From the NCBI GenBank assembly GCA_001897535.1, contig MKTC01000021.1, forward strand, positions 24,532 to 88,531: a stretch of 64,000 bases of DNA, in the 5' to 3' direction. Both the position numbers and the translations under genes were made by a program. Positions 19,127 to 27,857 of this stretch are shown here, one piece after another. The first letter of the stretch is position 1, and every line of letters begins with the position of its first letter. The notes beneath the pieces were generated by a model. That model was not told where the DNA came from and did not search any database. It saw only the letters and a list, made by a program, of their open reading frames with translations. Source of the DNA: Bacteroidetes bacterium 37-13. Its GTDB lineage: Bacteria > Bacteroidota > Bacteroidia > Chitinophagales > LD1.

Positions 19127-19939
19127 ATGCAAGCAACACCAAAAGATTATTTGAATTGGAGTTTTGATGATATCGTTTTCGATAATAGAAATAAAGATTA
19201 CGGTGCCTATCAACTTAGAAAAGTACAGCCTAAAAACTCTCGCACAGGGCTTATATTGGCTGTCGTATTTTTCACCGGATTTATTTTCTTAAGTCAGGTA
19301 GATTGGTCGTTTCTTAAATCGAATAGCCAAGAGGAACAAGTAGTTGAAACCGTGGTAACGCTTTCGGAGCCGCCACCATTAGATGAAAAAGCTCCACCAC
19401 CACCTCCTCCGCCACCACCGCCACCACCGCAGCGTCCAACAGTTCGTTTCGTGGAAATGATTGTGAAGAAACAAGAAGAAGTGCGCCAGCAAGAAGATGA
19501 GCCGGTAAAAATTGAAGATATAAAAGAAGCTGAAATTTCAACCAAAACTCAAGAAGGTGATGCAAATGCAGAACCAACAATTAACGAGCCGGTTGTAATT
19601 GATGCACCGGTTGTAAAAGAGCCTGAAATCTTCACTATTGTAGAGCAACAACCGGAATTTCCGGGCGGAGAGCAGTCGCTTTACAAATACCTTCGCGATA
19701 ATATTCAATATCCGAATATGGAGCGCGACAACGATATTCAAGGTAAAGTAATTGTAGCATTCGTTGTTTGGGACGATGGTAGTATTCGCAACGTGGAAGT
19801 AAAAAAAGGCGTTAGTCCGGGTTTAGATAAAGAAGCTAAGCGTGTGATAGAAAAAATGCCAAAGTGGAAAGCAGGAAAGCAGCAAGGTAAAGCTGTTCCA
19901 TGCCGCTACGTTATTCCGGTAGTATTTAGATTACAATAG
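19127..19939 (+). CDS. tonB: Energy transducer TonB
   Basis: TM anchor, then a poly-Pro linker (PPPPPPPPPPPPQRP), then the C-terminal TonB domain EQQPEFPGGEQSLYKYLRDNIQYP...GKVIVAFVV. Confidence 0.9.
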   Translation: MQATPKDYLNWSFDDIVFDNRNKDYGAYQLRKVQPKNSRTGLILAVVFFTGFIFLSQVDWSFLKSNSQEEQVVETVVTLSEPPPLDEKAPPPPPPPPPPPPQRPTVRFVEMIVKKQEEVRQQEDEPVKIEDIKEAEISTKTQEGDANAEPTINEPVVIDAPVVKEPEIFTIVEQQPEFPGGEQSLYKYLRDNIQYPNMERDNDIQGKVIVAFVVWDDGSIRNVEVKKGVSPGLDKEAKRVIEKMPKWKAGKQQGKAVPCRYVIPVVFRLQ

Positions 19940-19962
19940 TATAAAACGAACAGACAAAAGAG

Positions 19963-19992
19963 GCCATTTGAGAATATCAAGTGGCTTTTTTG
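19963..19992 (+). terminator. Rho-independent terminator after tonB
   Basis: GCCATTTGA pairs with TCAAGTGGC (one G-U pair) and is followed by TTTTTTG. Confidence 0.65.
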
Positions 19993-20025
19993 TTTTGATG
20001 CAGTTTATTGCTTTATATTGAAACG

Positions 20026-20646
20026 ATGCAGTTTGAATTTTCAATAATTATTGCAACATATAATCGAGCAGCACTTTTAAAACAAGCGCTCAATTCTGTA
20101 ATGAAGCAAACGTATAGAAATTGGGAAGTGATTATTCTTGATGATGGCAGTACAGATTCTACAGAACAAATTGTTCAGCCATTTTTAGGCGAAAAGATAA
20201 GCTACCATAAGCAACTAAACCAAGGAGAACCTACTGCAAAAAATAATGCTATAAAATTGGCCAAAGGAAGAATGATAACCTTTTTAGATTCTGATGATGA
20301 ATTTAAACCGGACCACTTGGCAAGCAGAGCCAAAATTTTAGAGCAGAATTCCAATATAGATTTACTACACGGTGGTGTTTTTATAGTTGGCGATCAATAT
20401 GTGCCCGACAGAAAAAATACACAACAGAAAATACATATTTCTAAATGTATTGTTGGTGCAACCTTCTTTTTTAAAAAAGAGAAACTGATGGCGCTTGGTG
20501 GTTTTAGAAATCTGCCGATTGCTGCTGATGCAGACTTATTTGAAAGAGCTAAAAACGCAGGTTATTTAATTGTAAAAACAGATTATCAAAGCTATATTTA
20601 CAATAGAACTTTAGAAGATTCCATTACGCACAGTTTTGATTTGTAA
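20026..20646 (+). CDS. Family 2 glycosyltransferase
   Basis: FSIIIATYNRA...ILDDGSTD...FLDSDD are GT2 motifs. The ATG at 20026 is preferred over the TTG at 20008. Confidence 0.8.
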   Translation: MQFEFSIIIATYNRAALLKQALNSVMKQTYRNWEVIILDDGSTDSTEQIVQPFLGEKISYHKQLNQGEPTAKNNAIKLAKGRMITFLDSDDEFKPDHLASRAKILEQNSNIDLLHGGVFIVGDQYVPDRKNTQQKIHISKCIVGATFFFKKEKLMALGGFRNLPIAADADLFERAKNAGYLIVKTDYQSYIYNRTLEDSITHSFDL

Positions 20647-20738
20647 CAACTATATTTTCAACCAAGCTGCCAACGTATTTGTGAAAAAGAAAATCTATAC
20701 ACTTGTATTAGTTTCAGAATAAAAGATAGATTTGAATT

Positions 20739-21812
20739 ATGGTAAAAACGAACATTTTGTTTACTGTATTTTTGCTTGCTTTTTCAGCAATAACACTTCC
20801 TGCTTTTTCGCAAAACAATATTGGAATAGGTACAAATGCGCCAAATGCAAATGCGATTTTAGATTTAGATCCTCCGGCAAAAGATAAAGGATTTTTAGCG
20901 CCACGCTTAAACCAAACCCAAAGAGTTACTTTGGCAACATCTTTGGCTGCTGCCGATAAGGGCTTGTTGGTTTTCGATCCAATAGACAACCTCTTTTATT
21001 TTTGGGACGGCACCAAGTGGGTTCCATTTCCAACCGATGCACAAACATTAAGCTATAACAATCTAACTAACGAACTTTCGATTACGAATGGCAACACGGT
21101 TATATTGCCATTAAGTGCAGGACCAACAGGCGCAACCGGACCTGCCGGAGCAAATGGGGCTCAAGGTGCAACCGGAGATACAGGACCGATAGGCGCACAA
21201 GGAATACAAGGAAATACAGGGCCAGCGGGAATACCAGGCGCAGCAGGTGTGCAAGGTGTAACAGGACCAACCGGAGCCACAGCACCCGGAAGTTTTAATA
21301 CTGCCTTTGTATTTAACCCAAGTGGAACTGCGGCAATTACCGATGGAAACGGCACGCTTACCACAACTCAAGCAGCATGGTTAATTGGTGGAAACACCGC
21401 ACCCACAAGCAATAATTTGGGGCAAACAGGTAATGCGCCATTGGTGCTTATTACCAATAATCAAAACCGCATGAGCGTAGAAGCAAATGGCGATATTTTT
21501 GTGGCGGGAAGCAAGCCGATAGTAATTAGGAGATTTAATTGCAATTGCGATAACCCGGATAGAAACACCAACGTGAATACAACCGATTGGGTGGCTTATG
21601 TTGGTGGTGCATATCCAACAGGAAACGATGGCAGTACAAAAGCAGAAAGTACTCGTTTTGCTATGTATCCTAAAAGCGGAACATGGTGGTTTAAAGGTGA
21701 TTTAGAATCGCCCGGCAGCGAAGAATGGAGCGTAGATGTGGTTTTTGTAAAACGCCAATTGGTGGACGACCAGCGCCCGGCAAACTACAATGGAACAGGA
21801 ACAAATTTTTAA
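20739..21812 (+). CDS. Secreted collagen-like triple-helix repeat protein
   Basis: Signal peptide, then a QNNIGIGTNAPNANAILDL...GFLAPRL N-domain. There are 18 uninterrupted Gly-X-Y triplets at nt 21120-21281, followed by a C-terminal domain of about 175 aa. Confidence 0.85.
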   Translation: MVKTNILFTVFLLAFSAITLPAFSQNNIGIGTNAPNANAILDLDPPAKDKGFLAPRLNQTQRVTLATSLAAADKGLLVFDPIDNLFYFWDGTKWVPFPTDAQTLSYNNLTNELSITNGNTVILPLSAGPTGATGPAGANGAQGATGDTGPIGAQGIQGNTGPAGIPGAAGVQGVTGPTGATAPGSFNTAFVFNPSGTAAITDGNGTLTTTQAAWLIGGNTAPTSNNLGQTGNAPLVLITNNQNRMSVEANGDIFVAGSKPIVIRRFNCNCDNPDRNTNVNTTDWVAYVGGAYPTGNDGSTKAESTRFAMYPKSGTWWFKGDLESPGSEEWSVDVVFVKRQLVDDQRPANYNGTGTNF

Positions 21813-23041
21813 ATTGTTGACAACGCTTTAGGATAACATACAAAATATTTCACCACTTTTTCGCTTAGAACAGTGGCTTCTAAGTGCTGCGAAATATTTT
21901 CGGCATTTTGAACATTACCTTGCTGGTCAATAATTTTTATAGTGCCTTGTTTGGCATTGTAAGCATGGTTGTAAGTAGAATCTTGAAAAATTAACCACTT
22001 AGCCTCTTCTTGGGGCAATTTGAAATACGCAGCAGCTTTTTCCTTTAGCTTTGTTATTTCACTTTCTGTGAAAGGCTCTTTCGTTATTTCAATTTTAAAT
22101 AAATGGCGATTTAGGATAGAACTACACAGAAGCGAAAGCACATTATCGCTGGTGTTTTTCCAACTTTTTAAAGCCGCAAAAACATCTACATCATCTAAAT
22201 CAGCAAAGTGTTGAATTGCTTGTGAATTAGTTTCAAAATCGTGCAGTGTAATTTTATTTTTCAAGAAGAAATCGAGCGCTTCGGAGCAAGGCAATGTAAT
22301 GTCATTTTCAATTAAATATTTTGCACGCTCTACAGCTTTTATGAGCATTTGCTCCACACACAAAACAGTTTTGTGCAAATACACTTGCCAATACATCAAC
22401 CTGCGGGAAATAATAAAATTTTCAATCGAATAAATTCCTTTTTGCTCAATTACCAATTCATCGTTTTGCACGTTCATCATTTCAATAATGCGGTCGTAGC
22501 TCACAATGCCTTCGTTTACTCCGGTAAAAAAACTATCGCGCGTTAGGTAATCTAACCTATCTACATCTAACTGCGAAGAAACCAAGCTGTGTAAGAATTT
22601 TTTGGTATAAGTGCCTTCAAAAATTTTTATTGCAAGCGAAAGTTTTCCATCAAATTCTTGGTTAAGTTTTTGAAGAAATATTTTAGAAATGTGTTCGTGA
22701 TTTACGCCTTTAATCAAAGTTCTTTCCAAGGTGTGCGAAAAAGGTCCGTGCCCAATATCGTGCAATAAAATTGCAATAGAAGCTCCGAGTTCTTCTTCGG
22801 CAGTAATTTCGATTCCTTTTATTTTAAGAATAGAAATTGCTTTTCGCATTAAATGAAAAGCACCCAAAGCATGATGAAAGCGCGTGTGCAGTGCTCCGGG
22901 ATAAATGTAATCGCTTAGCCCAAGTTGCTTAATTCTGCGTAGGCGTTGGAAATACGGATGTTCAATAATATCGAAAATCAACTCGTGCGGAATGGTGATA
23001 AAACCATGCACCGGATCGTTGAATATTTTGCGCTTGTTCAC
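21809..23041 (-). CDS. HD-domain phosphohydrolase (dNTP triphosphohydrolase-like)
   Basis: IFNDPVHGFI...RLRRIKQLG...HTRFHHALGAF...LLHDIGHGPFSH...DVDRLDYLTRD is the HD superfamily signature. Confidence 0.85.
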   Translation of the reverse strand: MNKRKIFNDPVHGFITIPHELIFDIIEHPYFQRLRRIKQLGLSDYIYPGALHTRFHHALGAFHLMRKAISILKIKGIEITAEEELGASIAILLHDIGHGPFSHTLERTLIKGVNHEHISKIFLQKLNQEFDGKLSLAIKIFEGTYTKKFLHSLVSSQLDVDRLDYLTRDSFFTGVNEGIVSYDRIIEMMNVQNDELVIEQKGIYSIENFIISRRLMYWQVYLHKTVLCVEQMLIKAVERAKYLIENDITLPCSEALDFFLKNKITLHDFETNSQAIQHFADLDDVDVFAALKSWKNTSDNVLSLLCSSILNRHLFKIEITKEPFTESEITKLKEKAAAYFKLPQEEAKWLIFQDSTYNHAYNAKQGTIKIIDQQGNVQNAENISQHLEATVLSEKVVKYFVCYPKALSTI

Positions 23042-23082
23042 TGTGTGGATTGCTTACAATTTGCGAGATTGGAGATTTTATT

Positions 23083-23484
23083 TCAAACTTCTGCAATTAC
23101 TTTTATTTCGATGGCAATGGCAGAAGGCAAAGATTGTACTTCCACAGTGGTGCGGCAGGGCTGCGCTTCGCTAAAATACTGCGCATAAATTTTATTGAAA
23201 GTATGAAAATCGCGTTTCATGTTCACGAGAAAAATGGTAACATCTACAATTTTATTCCAATTGCTTCCGGCTTCTTCTAATGCGGTTTTTACATTCTTAA
23301 AAACACTGTGTACTTGCGCTTCAAAATCGAAAGAAATATAATTGCCGTGCTTATCTAATTGCAACCCCGGAATGTTGTCGGTGCCGGCTTCGCGCGGTCC
23401 CATTCCTGAAACAAAAATCAGGTTTCCCACTTTTCGTGTCATGGGATAAAGCCCCATTGGTTTTGGCAAGTTTTGTTTTTCCAT
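23083..23484 (-). CDS. RidA/YjgF-family protein
   Basis: About 130 aa starting MEKQNLPKPMG, with a C-terminal CRTTVEV block. The ATG at 23484 is preferred over the longer track ORF. Confidence 0.75.
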   Translation of the reverse strand: MEKQNLPKPMGLYPMTRKVGNLIFVSGMGPREAGTDNIPGLQLDKHGNYISFDFEAQVHSVFKNVKTALEEAGSNWNKIVDVTIFLVNMKRDFHTFNKIYAQYFSEAQPCRTTVEVQSLPSAIAIEIKVIAEV

Positions 23485-23512
23485 ATTGGCAAATGTGATT
23501 GCAAAAGTAGGC

Positions 23513-24277
23513 TTAATAAAGAAACGGCAAAAGCGCTTTTCTGTTTTTGGGATAATCGGCAAAAGTATTTTTATACCATTGGTGATGGTGAATAGCGCGA
23601 GGCGCAAGGTTGGCAATTGTCCATACCGCAAAAGAGAGAGCCGGAATATTCCACGCCATTATGGCAAAGCCAATCCACTCCACCATTTCGCCTACCAAGT
23701 TTGGGCAGCTAAGGTATTTAAACAAAAAACCTTCGGGAGTTTTGTAGCCTGTTTCTCCGGGTTTTCGCAAAGCCAAAAGAATATTATCGCTTTTAATATT
23801 GATGAAAGCACCTGCGGCAAAAAGGGAAAAACCAAACCCAACGCGAAAAATAGTGATAGAATCCCAAGTAGGTTGTTGTAAAAAAGAACCTAAAAAAAGT
23901 CCGTTTAAAGAAGCATTTACCGAATTAAAAAACATAGCAAAAAGCACAATGGTAAGTGGAATTTTTTTGCCCGTAGTTTTTGTTCTAAAAGGATAAATAA
24001 AACTGCGATTGATGTAATGTAAACTCCAGAGTGAAACGAGAAAAATTGCCATTGGGCTTTTCTTATTTTCTCCATCAAAGAAACAAGAAAGCAAAACAAC
24101 AAGACTCACTATTTCCATTATCACCCAACCGAGTTTGTTGGGAATAGCAAAGCCCCATTTTGTGGAAATGTGTCTGCCGTAAGGAGCTTTGTTTATTACT
24201 TGTGAAGGAATTAAAATTACAGCCAATGCTGCCCAAGCCCAAGCTATTTGGGTTAAAAGTTGTTCCGTAAGTTGCAT
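23513..24277 (-). CDS. 3-oxo-5-alpha-steroid 4-dehydrogenase family membrane protein
   Basis: Multi-TM protein. The C-terminal block CPNLVGEMVEWIGFAI...HHHQWYKNTFADYPKNRKALLPFLY is typical of the steroid 5-alpha-reductase family. Confidence 0.8.
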   Translation of the reverse strand: MQLTEQLLTQIAWAWAALAVILIPSQVINKAPYGRHISTKWGFAIPNKLGWVIMEIVSLVVLLSCFFDGENKKSPMAIFLVSLWSLHYINRSFIYPFRTKTTGKKIPLTIVLFAMFFNSVNASLNGLFLGSFLQQPTWDSITIFRVGFGFSLFAAGAFINIKSDNILLALRKPGETGYKTPEGFLFKYLSCPNLVGEMVEWIGFAIMAWNIPALSFAVWTIANLAPRAIHHHQWYKNTFADYPKNRKALLPFLY

Positions 24278-24286
24278 AAAAGTTTT

Positions 24287-24640
24287 TTAGATAGCGGTTT
24301 CTGTCCACTCGTTAAAGAGTTCATCTATAAAGATGTTTTCCTCTTTGGTAATTGGCTGAGTTGCTTTTGCCAGTTTCACGGCAAAGTCAATCAGGTTCAT
24401 TCTTTCCGCCTCGGTGCTGTCGCTGTAAAAATCTGCCATTGCCTTTTGGAAATGTTCCATGTATTCGCTCTTTGGCAAGGCAGCTAAAAAAGAAATTTCG
24501 TTATCTAAATTTATTTCTATTGGAAACTGCTGCGAAATAAATTCGGCAATTACTTTATCTTCTTTAAAACTAAACTGGTTATCTACCGCAGAAAGAATCA
24601 TGAGCAAATGATAACCGGCAATTGGTTTATTCAATTTCAT
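24287..24640 (-). CDS. Hypothetical protein (possibly TerB-like)
   Basis: 117 aa, helical. It only weakly resembles TerB-type domains. Confidence 0.4.
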   Translation of the reverse strand: MKLNKPIAGYHLLMILSAVDNQFSFKEDKVIAEFISQQFPIEINLDNEISFLAALPKSEYMEHFQKAMADFYSDSTEAERMNLIDFAVKLAKATQPITKEENIFIDELFNEWTETAI

Positions 24641-24715
24641 TTTTTATCGTTTTATATTCTAAATGTAAGAAACAATTTTAGTATGCAAAGTGTATTGGTT
24701 TAGAAATAAGCTATG

Positions 24716-25297
24716 TTATTTTTTCTTTCGCCAGCAGCTTTCTAAATGGTCATCAACCAAACCAACAGCTTGCATAAAAGCATAGCAAATGGTGCTGCCG
24801 CGAAATTTAAAACCACGCTTTCCCATATCTTTGCTCATAGCATCACTAATAGGAGTAGTTGCCGGAATATCGCTAAGTATTTTTGGGTGATTTACAATTG
24901 GCTTGCCTTCCGTAAATTGCCAAATATAATTGCTGAAACTGCCAAACTCTTTTTGGACCTCTATAAAGCGATTGGCATTATTTATTGCGGCTTCAATTTT
25001 TAAACGATTGCGAATAATGCCTTCGTTTTGCATGAGCAATTCAACTTTTTCGGCATTAAATTTTGCAACGCTTTTTACATCAAATTCGGTAAATGCTTTT
25101 CTAAAATTTTCGCGTTTTTTTAAAACGGTATGCCAACTTAAACCCGCTTGAAAACTTTCCAAAATCAAGAATTCAAACAGCAATCTATCATCGCGAACAG
25201 GGTTTCCCCATTCGTTATCGTGATAAGCAACATACAAATCATCTTTTAAACACCAAGCACAACGGCTTTTGCTATCGCGTGGTGTAAATTCTGCCAT
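24716..25297 (-). CDS. tag: DNA-3-methyladenine glycosylase I
   Basis: RCAWC...YHDNEWGNPVRDDRLLFEFLILESFQAGLSW is the Tag signature. Confidence 0.9.
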   Translation of the reverse strand: MAEFTPRDSKSRCAWCLKDDLYVAYHDNEWGNPVRDDRLLFEFLILESFQAGLSWHTVLKKRENFRKAFTEFDVKSVAKFNAEKVELLMQNEGIIRNRLKIEAAINNANRFIEVQKEFGSFSNYIWQFTEGKPIVNHPKILSDIPATTPISDAMSKDMGKRGFKFRGSTICYAFMQAVGLVDDHLESCWRKKK

Positions 25298-25309
25298 GTA
25301 AATTTTTGT

Positions 25310-25933
25310 TTACAACTTAAATGTAACACCTGCATTGAAGAAACTTTTGCCGTAGCCAAGTTCTCCGTTTATTGAAACTTTATCGTTGAAATAATAACGA
25401 ATGCCGACTTGTGGTCCGATAAAGAAAAGTGCCGATACATGAGTATTACTTGAATTGCGTGGCAATAAAATTGCAGGACCTGTACCCACATTTAAACCTG
25501 CGTAAATATCCAATTTATCAGCATGAATATCTTTTCCTGTTTTGTCTGCAATTAACTGGTAAAAGTGGAAGTTGGCAAACGCGCCCATAGGGATATTTAC
25601 TTCCGGTTGAAAAGCATAGCCGGTTCTTCCCCAAAAGCCTCTATAGTAGTAACTACCCAAGCCGGCTCCAAATCCCACACCGGTTGTGAACCCTACGCCA
25701 ACATATTCGTGAACACCAAATTCCATTTGTAAACCAAGCTGACCGGTTATTGGAGAATAGCCAAAGTAGCCGCCATTCCAGCCATCAAAATAGGTTCCGC
25801 CCATGTGCCACATTTGTGCAGCACCTAAGTTTACATTTATATATTTTCCTCCTTTTTCAAATGCTTGAGCAGAAGAACTTTGGTAAGCAAATGTTGCAGC
25901 AATTAGCGTAACTATAAAAATCATTCTTTTCAT
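25310..25933 (-). CDS. Small outer-membrane beta-barrel protein
   Basis: Signal peptide, Gly/aromatic-rich alternating strands, and a C-terminal ...GVTFKL. Confidence 0.65.
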   Translation of the reverse strand: MKRMIFIVTLIAATFAYQSSSAQAFEKGGKYINVNLGAAQMWHMGGTYFDGWNGGYFGYSPITGQLGLQMEFGVHEYVGVGFTTGVGFGAGLGSYYYRGFWGRTGYAFQPEVNIPMGAFANFHFYQLIADKTGKDIHADKLDIYAGLNVGTGPAILLPRNSSNTHVSALFFIGPQVGIRYYFNDKVSINGELGYGKSFFNAGVTFKL

Positions 25934-25994
25934 AATCAGTATTTTGTTTTTGTTGCAGCAAAAGTAGAAATGAGAAAATAATTTACAAAAAAAT

Positions 25995-26711
25995 TTATTC
26001 TGTTACAAAAACCAAATCGTTGTCTTGTAGTTCAAATGCTTCATTTCTAAAACGAAGCAGTAAACGAGCCACCGTTACCACATCGCGCTGACAATATTCC
26101 ATGATTCGCCTTAAATCATTTTGTTGCCAATAAACGCCTGCCACATCTTTTCCTTCAATATCTTCTTTGGGTGATGGAATACCTAATATTTCTGCAAGCA
26201 ATTTTAATGAAGTATAATTTTTATAGTCGCCAAAGCGCCATAAATGCAGCGTGTCTATACTTTTTACTTCCCAAGGTTTTTTGCCGGAAAAATTTAATAC
26301 TTCAGGTAGAGCCATTTTGTTTATCACCATTCTTCGGCACAAGTATGGAATATCAAATTCTTTGATGTTGTGGCCGGCAAACGCAAGGTTTTTTTTCTTA
26401 TTTAGTAAAGCTGAAAATTCTTGTAGCAATTCGTTTTCGTTATCGCCAAAAAACGATTTCAACCTGAAAAAATATTTGCCTTCTTGTTTATGGAAATAGC
26501 CAACCGAAATGCAAATTATTTTTCCAAATTCAGCATAAATGCCTGCGCGTTTTTCAAAACTTTCTTCGGGCGTTTCTTGCTCTATTCGCAGTAAAGAATG
26601 CTTGCGTGTCCATAGTTCTTGCATGGTTTCAGATAGTTCATTAAACTGCTTTTTTTGAGGTACAGTTTCAATATCAATAACCAAAAGTTGTTCGAGTGTT
26701 GTTTGTTGCAT
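25995..26711 (-). CDS. Predicted 3'-5' exonuclease (PolB-exonuclease-like, RNase H fold)
   Basis: VIDIET (ExoI-like), GHNIKEFDIPYL (ExoII-like) and YCQRDV (ExoIII-like). Confidence 0.7.
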   Translation of the reverse strand: MQQTTLEQLLVIDIETVPQKKQFNELSETMQELWTRKHSLLRIEQETPEESFEKRAGIYAEFGKIICISVGYFHKQEGKYFFRLKSFFGDNENELLQEFSALLNKKKNLAFAGHNIKEFDIPYLCRRMVINKMALPEVLNFSGKKPWEVKSIDTLHLWRFGDYKNYTSLKLLAEILGIPSPKEDIEGKDVAGVYWQQNDLRRIMEYCQRDVVTVARLLLRFRNEAFELQDNDLVFVTE

Positions 26712-26804
26712 ACGCTGTAAGTTTTTTCACATTAAATGTGTGGATAGCTTTTGCAATAAAAATACAAAACCTTGCGTTACATTTGCATAAAACAAATATA
26801 GAAT

Positions 26805-27725
26805 ATGGAAGAGAATCAAAAAAGCAATAAAGGCATATACATTGCAGCAATTGTTTTGCTATTGCTTGTAAATGGCGTGTTGGGCTATTTTCTTTACACC
26901 AGCAACAACGAGAAAAAAGATTTAGAAGTTGCGAAACAAGAATTAGATAATCAATACCAAGGTGTGCTTACCGAGTTAGAAGCGCGCAAGGCAGAATTAG
27001 AGCAATACAAGGGTAAAAATGCCGAATTAGATAGCGTAATCTCTGAGCGCCAAGCTGAAATAGAAAAATACAAAGGTGAATTGGAGGGCTTGTTGAAAAA
27101 GGGAAAAATTACCAATGCCGAACTTGCAAAAGCGCGTGAGTTAATTGATAAGCTAAGAGCTGAAAACAAAGACCTGCAAGCAAAAGTTTCGGAACTTACG
27201 CAAGCAAATCAAATGCTTACACAAGAAAACCAACAGTTAGGGCAAAACTTAGAAAATGAAAAGAAAACAACGGAGGCACTTTCTGCTGAAAAACAAAACC
27301 TTTCTCAAAAAGTAGTTTTAGGTTCTTTGTTGAAATTGAACAATCTTACCGTAACCGGCATTCACATTAAGAACAACGGAAAAGAAGATGAAACTTCAAG
27401 ATTGAAAAAAGTAAGCAAGTTGAAAATTTCGTTTGAAACAGGTGAAAACAAAGTAACTGAAAAAGGTAATTTACCTTTGTATGTTCGTGTAATAAATCCA
27501 AAAGGCGAAACAATTGCAGTGCGCGACCAAGGTTCTGGTACATTTAAACTTGCCGATAGCGGAGATGAAGTTCAATATAGCCGCGTTGCAGATATCAACT
27601 ACCAACAAGCAAACAAAAAAGTAAGTATTGATTGGGGAAGTAACCTGAATTTAGAAGGAACTTACAAAGTTGAAGTTTACCAAAGTGGATATTTGGTTGG
27701 CAAAGGCGAAGTGAAATTGAAATAG
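26805..27725 (+). CDS. Membrane-anchored coiled-coil protein
   Basis: One N-terminal TM, about 130 aa of heptad-rich E/K/Q/L sequence, and a beta-rich C-terminal domain. Confidence 0.6.
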   Translation: MEENQKSNKGIYIAAIVLLLLVNGVLGYFLYTSNNEKKDLEVAKQELDNQYQGVLTELEARKAELEQYKGKNAELDSVISERQAEIEKYKGELEGLLKKGKITNAELAKARELIDKLRAENKDLQAKVSELTQANQMLTQENQQLGQNLENEKKTTEALSAEKQNLSQKVVLGSLLKLNNLTVTGIHIKNNGKEDETSRLKKVSKLKISFETGENKVTEKGNLPLYVRVINPKGETIAVRDQGSGTFKLADSGDEVQYSRVADINYQQANKKVSIDWGSNLNLEGTYKVEVYQSGYLVGKGEVKLK

Positions 27726-27746
27726 TAGATACAGAAAGCATAAAAT

Positions 27747-27788
27747 GAAAGAGCCGCATCAAGAAAAATGATGTGGCTCTTTCATTTT
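27747..27788 (+). terminator. Rho-independent terminator
   Basis: GAAAGAGCCGCATCA pairs with TGATGTGGCTCTTTC (15 bp, one G-U pair) and is followed by ATTTTAT. Confidence 0.7.
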
Positions 27789-27857
27789 ATACAATTTTCT
27801 CTCCCTTTTCAAACTAAAACTTTATTTTGAACCACAGAAACAAAAGCCACATTACTA

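Noticed and set aside
19294-19545. Minus-strand ORFs with a poly-Gly run.
   Set aside because: They are the antisense of the TonB poly-proline linker (CCN repeats read as GGN).
21809-21812. Convergent genes whose stop codons overlap (TTAA here; TTAG at 51308-51311 for thrC and the TBDR).
   Set aside because: This is a common consequence of compact genomes. No hairpin or other signal is present, so it is noted only as a lack of intergenic terminators.
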